The notes beneath the pieces are model-generated. The model searched no databases, had not been told where the DNA came from, and saw nothing but the letters and a program-made list of their open reading frames with translations. A stretch of 63,866 nucleotides of DNA, counting the filler, from Octopus bimaculoides (lineage: Eukaryota): the NCBI RefSeq assembly GCF_001194135.2. It is 6 parts of 5 records of this genome, joined end to end, with 100 filler letters (N's around TTAATTAATTAA, not from the genome) between each part and the next. Parts side by side here need not be neighbours in the genome. Positions count along the whole stretch, not along the records: positions 56,035 to 60,573 come from NC_068984.1; positions 60,674 to 62,707 come from NW_026371806.1; positions 62,808 to 63,866 come from NW_026358370.1; 3 more parts are not named here. One strand, given 5' to 3'. Within the stretch, counting starts at the first letter, position 1. Every line of letters starts with the position of its first letter. Of the stretch, positions 55,935 through 63,866 are shown piece by piece. The position numbers and the translations under genes are program-made.

Positions 55935-56199
55935 NNNNNNNNNNNNNNNNNNNNNNNNNNNNNNNNNNNNNNNNNNNNTTAATTAATTAANNNNNNNNNN
56001 NNNNNNNNNNNNNNNNNNNNNNNNNNNNNNNNNNTGTGTGTGTGTGTGTATTTTCGTTAATTATTTTTTGTGGAGAATGAATTCCAGGAACCAGTCATGA
56101 AATGAATTACCATATTCTTTGTGTTGCTACTAGATTACGTCTAGGGACACTCACCGTGGTCTTGAATTATTATTTGAACTCTTAACGACCATTTCTTAC

Positions 56200-56392
56200 C
56201 AGCAAGCATAATAAACCTCATCCATGCCGAGGTGAATATAACGGTCTGGGAATGTTTCAATAATTTCCTTGAAGAACCTTTTCAGAAATTCGTATGTTTC
56301 TTCATAAATTGGATTGAACACCTCGTGTGTGTGATGTTGCGTGTAGTTGGCACGGCCAGGTTGTCCATCTACATAGCAAGGTGTCAGCAAGA
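56200..56392 (-). CDS. HEXA/HEXB: GH20 beta-hexosaminidase catalytic exon (about HEXA exon 8): (F)LLTPCYVDGQPGRANYTQHHTHEVFNPIYEETYEFLKRFFKEIIETFPDRYIHLGMDEVYYAC(W)
   Basis: Seen: 193 bp, acceptor tctgtcttgcag|, donor TG|gtaaga, phase 1-2. Known: the catalytic Asp-Glu pair (HLGxDEV); the phase-2 intron inside the Trp codon matches HEXA intron 8. Confidence 0.95.
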
Positions 56393-56762
56393 CTGCAAGA
56401 CAGAATCAAATAAAACTTACAAAATGATACAAGATAGAGGATTGTGCCGATGGAATATTTATACACAGCTTTCCTTCACAGATTCGGCGCATCAGATTTT
56501 ACTAAAAAGGTTTCGTTCAGAAGTCTATGAGAGATTTGCCTGATTGTAATCTAATACTGCTCTTTTAGCACATAACGAATTATGAATGTGTGTGTGTGTG
56601 TGTGTGTGTGAAAGAGAGAAAGAGAGAGGGAGAGAGAAAGAAAGAGAGACAGAAAGAGGGCGTGTCTGTGTGTGTGTGATCTTTTTTCAAAACAAAATTC
56701 GCTCTTGCCTTTCATGAATTCGCTAAGCGTCAATGATTTTAGTCAGATTTCTTCTCATCTAA

Positions 56763-56955
56763 GGCAGCGAGCGGGCGAAATGCTTAGCGGTATTTCGTTG
56801 CCATTACGTTCTGAATTCAAATTGCGCCGAGGTCGACTTTGCCTTTCATCCTTTCGGGGTCGATTAATTAAGTACAAGTTGCGTACTGGGGTCGATCTAA
56901 TCGACTGGCCTTCACCCCAAAATTTTCGGGCCTTGTGCCTAAAGTTGAAAAGAAT
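56763..56955 (+). mobile_element. SINE family A copy in the hexosaminidase intron, antisense to the gene
   Basis: Seen: similarity to the other family A copies; the head is partly deleted. Confidence 0.8.
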
Positions 56956-57122
56956 ATTTCTTTTCATCTGACAATGAAATCAGTTATAAACCGCAGATAT
57001 CGTAAATATTTAGTATTTCAATAAAGCTCAACACCACTTTACAAATTTAATTAAGACTGTTTGGACTGTCTCCTTCAACGTGACAGGATAACACTCTGAG
57101 TATTGACATAGTTGGTACTTAC

Positions 57123-57261
57123 AGGGAAACGCCTTACCCCAGGACATCGTATGACCCGGAGTATCGAATTCAGGTATCAGGCGGATCCCCCTTAAACGAG
57201 CGTATTCAATGACTCTGCTCACATCAAACTGGCTGTAGGTGAAACGACTGGAATAAGCACC
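57123..57261 (-). CDS. HEXA/HEXB: GH20 beta-hexosaminidase internal exon (about HEXA exon 7): [46 protein letters not shown]
   Basis: Seen: 139 bp, acceptor aaacttcag|, donor CCCT|gtaagt, phase 0-1; joins in frame to the exons on both sides. Known: [18 protein letters not shown] is a GH20 signature. Confidence 0.95.
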
Positions 57262-57362
57262 CTGAAGTTTAAAATGAAATATCAGGTTAAGAAAAGGTAA
57301 GATTAAAAAATACCAGGCACAAAAATACGTACTAGGGGCGATTTCTTCGACTAAACCCTTTA

Positions 57363-57669
57363 AGTAAATACTAGCATTGATGTAGCGACATTTGAGATTT
57401 TGTCTAGGTGAATCTAGCTGATGAGAACTAATCAAATTTACGTTAACAAACGTAATTTAGGAAGATCGAAACCTAGGTCCTAGATTATCCACATCTGGGT
57501 TGTACATTTATTTACTGTTCTTCCTACAGGTCAGATGAAATTTTAAAGTTTGCCGCCCGCAAACATTTTTGCCAGTATGTGTATACAGTGAAGCTTTACT
57601 ATAGCGTCGTATATTATCGATTGCTATTTCCAGTAAATATTGGTGCATTGTTGTACCACTATCCTATAT
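57363..57669 (+). mobile_element. About 305-bp hammerhead-bearing repeat, possibly a Penelope-like terminal repeat; inverted sister copy at 62265-62569
   Basis: Seen: collinear alignment with the reverse complement of 62265-62569, roughly 85% identical by eye. The Penelope link is inferred from the palindromic-stem-III type I hammerhead. Confidence 0.7.
57412..57485 (+). ncRNA. Type I hammerhead ribozyme, apparently intact
   Basis: Seen: stem I ATCTAG(57412-17)/CTAGAT(57480-85) is 6/6 bp; core CTGATGA at 57418-24; stem II GAACT/AGATC with an inner TTACGTT/AACGTAA hairpin; GAAA at 57468-71; palindromic stem III ACCTAGGT; GUC cleavage triplet ending at 57479. Confidence 0.8.
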
Positions 57670-57671
57670 TT

Positions 57672-57707
<36 letters not shown>

Positions 57708-57945
57708 TATTTAATAGACACAAGGCATGTCTTTATGTGCCATTAATAGTTTCTTGCGCTGAGAACATGCCAAATAATGAATTATAACATGTATAAAAGC
57801 TCCGCACAATCATTAGGNNNNNNNNNNTAACGTCTCCTAATGATTGTGCGGAGCTTTTATACATGTTATAATTCATTATTTGGCATGTTCTCAGCACAAG
57901 AAACTATTAATGGCACATAAAGACATGCCTTGTGTCTATTAAATA

Positions 57946-58010
<65 letters not shown>

Positions 58011-58797
58011 CGTATATATATATACATATATATGGCATACCATTCTGTTATTTTTAGGATCAACCCAAAAGATGTACTCCAACCAAAGAGAGATAAATAT
58101 TTAATAAACACAAATTTTAAATGTGAGATACCATAAGTTTCATGCTCCGATAGTACATAAATTGGATGAGCTTCTATGGGGTTCTGTGTACTATCCTGTG
58201 ATATTTCAGGCAAAGAATAACCCGCTCTCTGAGAAAAATTTAGAAAGAACGAGACAGACCGAGAAAAAAAAAAGAAAAGAAACAAGAATAAAATCTTGGA
58301 GGAAGTAAGACACAAGTTATGTCCCCTTCGTTCGTTAGAATGGGAAGTAGCAATGGCTGGTGAAGGCTAATTCGACAGGGAAAAGTTAAAGTTTGTGAGC
58401 TTATGTGCCTAATCCGGAGAGGGTGATGTTCTCCAGTTCTGTTGTAGAAACTTGTCAAGATGTCTGCATTTTGTGAAAAATTCTGATTTCGATGTCAATA
58501 GGTGGTGGAGTTCTTAGATTTAAAAAGGATATCTAAATCTAAGAAATCCAATGACCTACTGATTCGAAATAAGGACGAAATGCCTTTCAATGACTGAAAT
58601 TTAAAGTTCTTCAAAGAGTGAAAGAAAATATTAAATGTGTATATTCTGTGCACCATCTTCCTTACTCTTCGATCTATAATTCAAACTTTCAATCCTGCCT
58701 TAATTTGATGTAGAAGTAATTATCTCCCCTACGATAGCTGACCACCAGGGTACGCCATGTGCAACAGAAACAGCAAAAAACACAATGTAAAGTGTAC

Positions 58798-58899
58798 CTT
58801 TTGTGACATCTGAGGAAATGTGCGGCTTTCATAGGGAAATGATTGGTCATCCACGATATGCCAGTGTAACACGTTGAACTTGTTGTATGACATCGCGTC
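58798..58899 (-). CDS. HEXA/HEXB: GH20 beta-hexosaminidase internal exon (equivalent to human HEXA exon 6): [34 protein letters not shown]
   Basis: Seen: 102-bp open exon with acceptor ctatttcag| and donor |gtacac, phase 0-0. Known: the NKFNVxHWHxVDDxSFPYES motif of GH20 hexosaminidases; as recalled, HEXA exon 6 has the same length and phases. It is likely co-orthologous to both vertebrate genes. Confidence 0.95.
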
Positions 58900-59371
58900 C
58901 TGAAATAGAATTCAAACGCAATAATATACTTAACCGTCAACAATTCTCCACAATTTAATTTGTGTTTAACTGTTAACGATTACGCTAATTGCAAATAATT
59001 GCACTAATTTCCATTAAATTAACCAACAAAAATAGATAATTACGCTTAATAGAAAAGATTTTGTTGACAATTTCCAAGTGATGAGGTCAGAACTGGGTTA
59101 AGATATTGTGGGCCGCTGTGCTACAAGCCCTGTGAGGCCCTCAGTCAAGTTTTCAATAAATTTTGGTTTCATCTCTGGAGGTCCTTCAGCTGACGGAGGT
59201 CCCTGGGCTGCAGTCACTAAAGCCTGTCTTTATTTAACATTGGGTGAGATAGATAGGTAGAGAGCGAGATAGAGAAAGAGAGAGAGGGGTAAAGAGAGAG
59301 AGACAATGAGAGAGAAAGAGTGAGAGTGAGTGAGAAAGGGAAAGAGAGTGAGACAGTGTGAGACACAGAAA

Positions 59372-59419
<48 letters not shown>

Positions 59420-59899
59420 AAGAGTGAATGAGAAAGGGAAGTAATGTTCACTTATTTAAAGCAGAAATTATCAAAATAATTTCTTGCTTCGAGTGAGGTG
59501 TATAGTTTAGTGGTTAGGGTGTGTGTATGTAGGTGGGGCGTGACTGTTAGGCAGCAGGATCGATTCTCGGATCGGGTAGGACGCTGTCTCCAACCGATTC
59601 ATCTGGAAATATGTAGCAGTGATGACACTTTGGGGTTACTCCTGCGGGGGGGGGGGTTAGGGTTCAGGCTGCGAATCATATACTCAGCCTCAATGTCTTG
59701 GAAATCCGGTTTGTGGGTTCAAGGCAGACCAAATACCCGAGACAATAATGGTTGTGTCGATGCGGATTAACTCGGATTACCATTGGATTTATTAATTTGG
59801 GGCCGATAAAGAAAATAATGGAACAGTCAATTACTGGGGCCGATGTCATTGACTGACCCCTTCCCTTAGAATCGCTGACCGTGTGCCAATATATATTCC

Positions 59900-59949
<50 letters not shown>

Positions 59950-59951
<2 letters not shown>

Positions 59952-60510
59952 ATTAATATTGAGTCAGAGATCAATGCATGCCATCAAAGTGACACTGGGG
60001 TAAAATATACGAAGCCCAGTATACCCATCATGACTACCCGCCTGATAAGGGTACACCAGGCACATGCATCACAACCAAATGTGCGCGACATGGTGATCTC
60101 ATATCAAGATAAACGGCATATGACCTTGCAGGTGAGGCTCAGTTAGAATTTTCTTCAGGTCGAGTAGCCCATCCCGCTCAAAAGGTCCCTGATTGAGGGT
60201 TGTTTAAGGATGATGAACAAAATACCCATGTTTCCAGAGGTGAATTATCCAAACCCCAAAGAATTCCTCTCAACACATGGCTATGATGCTCCCCCACTAC
60301 TTCTGCTCAAGATCAGAGATACACGTATTGTCAGTCCTTAAGAGCCATGCTCAACTGGTTAAGGTCAAACAACTGACAAGCAAATCTGTGGTATTGAGCA
60401 GAATATTTGCTGTAGCCCATCTTTTTATACCAAGACAAAATAATGTACATGATAACACTTCCAATCAGTTAAGATCAGAAGCCATGAGAACTACTGCCTG
60501 GTACTGCATT
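59950..60510. repeat. Unclassified interspersed repeat flanked on both sides by (ATT)n tracts
   Basis: Seen: GC-richer block between (ATT)n at about 59900-59948 and about 60510-60573. It resembles an abundant octopus repeat from recall only. Confidence 0.4.
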
Positions 60511-60514
60511 ATTA

Positions 60515-60573
<59 letters not shown>

Positions 60574-61525
60574 NNNNNNNNNNNNNNNNNNNNNNNNNNN
60601 NNNNNNNNNNNNNNNNNTTAATTAATTAANNNNNNNNNNNNNNNNNNNNNNNNNNNNNNNNNNNNNNNNNNNNAGGGGAGTACTGGGTGCCTTTTATGTG
60701 ACACCAGCACCTCTGTACCTCTTTCCCCTATCTCTGGCACAGTTCATCATTAAAATTGTAAATAGTGACAAAAATCACAAAGATCCTCTCCGTATTTTTC
60801 TACATGGATTAAAAAAAAGATTTGGAAAATGTTAAAATTTAGGAGATTAGGGTGAGGAGGTGGGAAATTCAAATTTTGAAAACGTGGTTTTTTGGTAAAA
60901 TCATATTCTCCAATTTCAAAAACATAGAAATCCAGAAGAAAATTTTTAAAATAAAAAAATGCGGAAGTGGGTGGTACAGAAAATATGCCAATAATTATGC
61001 CAAAAATGCATGGTTTCTGGTCATTTTCTGTTGACAAATAGGGTTTTGTGCATCTCAAATGCACTCATAACACTCCGTGTACATTGCTGCATGTTTTTAA
61101 CACCAAAAACATTAAAATTGGCAACATAGATTAGAAGCAAATCAGAATATTGCCAGAAAATGACCTCAAAATTGTGCGATCTAACCTGGTTTTTGAGGTT
61201 ATTTTTGGAGTAAAAGAAAGTTGTGGAAAAAACATACTTTATTTGGTAGCTGAAAGATTACTGAACCTTTTGATACCTCATCTATCAAACTCGGCAACTC
61301 AGTTTTCGAATCCATAAGGAACATATGCAACACGTACACACACACACCAAACACATACACATACACAAACTTTGTTTTATAGATATAGATAAAAGTTGGT
61401 CAAGAACTGAACCTGTGTNNNNNNNNNNAACCTGTGTTGCTGATTAAACCTGCAAGGTAGCTTTTTTTTTTTTTTTGCTCTCAGTCTCAATGAAGAATAC
61501 AATATTAAAGAGGCAAGCAACTCAC

Positions 61526-61703
61526 CTGGTGGCTGGCGAACTGGGTGATAACTAATTACATTCATAGGTCTTGTAAAGGAAGTCTGTATTAAATTCTTGG
61601 TCTTGCAATTAAACTTGTGACATCCTGTTAATTTATTAGCGTAAGGTTCTGTCCAGTAAATCGTATCTTCAAAAATGTTGAAGCCACGGGGATGAATAAT
61701 ATA
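61526..61703 (-). CDS. LDL-receptor/LRP-family YWTD beta-propeller exon (last blade): YIIHPRGFNIFEDTIYWTEPYANKLTGCHKFNCKTKNLIQTSFTRPMNVISYHPVRQPP(G)
   Basis: Seen: 178-bp open frame, strong acceptor tttttcctcacctttcattcag|, donor CCAG|gtgagt, phase 0-1. Known: HPxG/S..FED.(I/V)YWT(D/E)...K...P.....HP.RQP is the sixth blade of LDLR-family propellers, and the phase-1 intron after QPxG precedes the EGF module in LDLR. The specific family member cannot be assigned. Confidence 0.85.
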
Positions 61704-62024
61704 CTGAATGAAAGGTGAGGAAAAAGAAAAGATAAAAAAATTTCATCTTGCATTTCTGTATTAGAAAATGATATTTTAATTATTCTGTATCTTTTAATTA
61801 TTTTAGTCATTGGACTGTGGCCATGCTGGGGCACCACATAAAGCCTTGAAGGGTTTAGTCAAACAAATCGACCCAACGACTTAATTTCTAAGTTTGGTAC
61901 TTATCCTATAACATCACTTTTGCTGGACTTCAAAGTTACAGGAACATAAACAAACCAACACTAGTTGTCAAGCAATTGGAAAGGAGTTACAGAAACAAAC
62001 ATGCACCTACAGTTACACACACAC

Positions 62025-62092
<68 letters not shown>

Positions 62093-62264
62093 GTATTAAG
62101 GCTACCATTGATTCCATGTTAAGATTTAACATGAAACCAATGGTAGCCTCAACACACAAATAAAGAAATTTTACCCACCAATGTGATGTTGAGCACTCAT
62201 TCTCATTGTTCAACATTTACACACACACACACATATATATACTCACACACACAGACATACATAT

Positions 62265-62569
62265 ATATAGGATAGTGGTACAACAATGCACCTATATTTA
62301 CTGAAAATAGCAGTCAATAATATACAACACTATAGTAAAGCATCACTATATATATACTGCAAAAATGTTTGCAGGTGGAGAACATAAAATATTTCATCTT
62401 ACCTGTAAGAAGAACATTAAATAAATGTACACCCCAGATGTGGATAATCTAGGACATAGGTTTCAATCTGTTCAAATTACGTTTATTAATGTAAATTTGA
62501 TTAGTTCTCATTGGCTACATTCACCCAGACAAAATTTCAAATGCTGCTACATCAATCCTAGTATTTACT
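62265..62569 (-). mobile_element. Second copy of the hammerhead-bearing repeat, with an inactivated ribozyme core
   Basis: Seen: ATGTAG CCAATGA..GATT GAAA CCTATGT C CTAGAT at 62447-62520. Confidence 0.7.
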
Positions 62570-63769
62570 CGTCTGAATGCCTAACTGTTAACAGACCGAG
62601 AAATATATATAGATATATCAATATATATATATAAACAAATAATAGATGAGTATATGCATATATATATACCTACGTCTACCTGTATATATAGGTGCATATC
62701 TGGGTACNNNNNNNNNNNNNNNNNNNNNNNNNNNNNNNNNNNNNNNNNNNNTTAATTAATTAANNNNNNNNNNNNNNNNNNNNNNNNNNNNNNNNNNNNN
62801 NNNNNNNAAGTATACTGTAAAGTGTTAATATGTATGTATAATATATAATATATATATCATAAAAATATGTTAGTGTTATTTAATTTCTGAACAGTGTTGC
62901 TGTCATTTGTTTATGTAGTTTAATTTCTTTATCCATCAGTTTCTACTAAGATAGAGATACGAGTAAAATTAATAATAGAGAAATGAAAATAAAACTTTGG
63001 AAACAGCCTAAAGGGAGATAATTGAGAAAGATTTGAAAGTCAACATAAGATTGTAATCGTGTAAAGTAAATATAACTGTCCTGTACCGGATCGATCCCAA
63101 AATCTAATCAGTTCGTACCAGTCACAAGGCCAAACATCACTGAAAGTTTCATCTGAATCCATCCAGCGGTTCTTGCGATATCTTGTCCATGGACAAACAA
63201 ACAAACACAACTGAAAACAATACTGCCACCTGCGCTAATGCTGAGGTAATAATGATAATGATTATGACCCACGTATTTTAATTTGTTCACATAACTTCAT
63301 TTGATTTAAAAAATAAACAATCTGGTGAGTTTAGTTTAATGGCCTACCAATGTACACAGAGTGTTTCTTTACCCTAGGAGTCAGGAAGATCTCACTGAAA
63401 TATGGAAACAAAATGGAAAGAAGAAAAACTCAAAATAATAACAATAAACAAAACCTGATTGTAGGAACTGGAAAGAGACACACTCCCTACAATAATAGGT
63501 GTTTGTGGAATAATTAAAAAATGATGCAGGTAATTAACAAACAAAACTTAAACAAAAATTACCGGATCAGATATTTTGCACAGCATAGAGAAAACAACAT
63601 TACATAAAATGTGCTAAATACAACAGAAAAACACAAAAATAAAGTATTGCACATGTTGCACTCAATGTCTGTGCAGTGAAAGCATGGCATATAGGCTTCT
63701 GAAATAATAATAATAATAATAATAATAATAATTATAATAATAATAATAGTAGTAGTAGTAATAATAATC

Positions 63770-63866
63770 CTTTCATCAACCCCAGTGCTCAACTAGAATT
63801 TATTTTATTGACCTCAAAAAGATGAAAGGCAAAGTCAACTCAGCAGAAATTGAACTCAGAACATAA
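63770..63866 (-). mobile_element. Partial, decayed SINE family A copy at the window edge, with an (AAT)n tail
   Basis: Seen: GATGAAAGGCAAAGTCAACTCAGCAGAAATTGAACTCAGAAC matches family A reversed. Confidence 0.65.

Noticed and set aside
61410-61437. AACCTGTGT duplicated either side of a 10-N gap
   Set aside because: A contig-end overlap artefact.
63350-63396. Minus-strand 47-bp candidate exon (tttcag|T GAG ATC..ATT G|gtaggc) as HEXA exon 4 equivalent
   Set aside because: The length matches by coincidence; the peptide EIFLTPRVKKHSVYIG and the phases do not match GALRGLETFSQL. It is unsupported as an exon of any gene.
1415-63866. CRISPR array or prokaryotic defence/operon system
   Set aside because: There are no regularly spaced direct repeats with unique spacers and no long intronless ORFs. 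The recurring sequences are dispersed SINEs.

Overview
This is a eukaryotic, AT-rich draft-assembly window with about 7 kb of N gaps, dense microsatellites and many SINEs. The repeat content looks like an octopus (cephalopod) genome; that is inference from recalled repeat families, not a search. Most supplied ORFs are microsatellite or gap artefacts. The coding sequence I can support is four minus-strand exons at the right end. Three are consecutive exons of a GH20 beta-hexosaminidase (58798-58899, 57123-57261, 56200-56392; equivalent to human HEXA exons 6-8). One is an LDL-receptor-family YWTD beta-propeller exon (61526-61703) that the ORF track largely misses. The rest is mostly non-coding, with transposon debris: a Chapaev3-like transposase, a Helitron, LINE fragments, a Tc1/mariner MITE and tRNA-type SINEs. 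The most interesting items are (1) an apparently intact type I hammerhead ribozyme in a hexosaminidase intron, whose inverted sister copy 5 kb away has a dead core and a recursive-splice-like AG|GTAAG site; (2) further hammerhead motifs; (3) long palindromes and inverted repeats near the exons; (4) a head-to-head (TTAGGG)n/(CCCTAA)n array; (5) a 28S rRNA fragment ending just before the R2 target site; (6) the YWTD exon sitting where hexosaminidase exons 1-5 should be. Five artificial 100-bp joins (44N-TTAATTAATTAA-44N) split the window, so adjacency across them is unproven. I found no bacterial-type system such as CRISPR or an operon, and I cannot claim a confirmed novel system.
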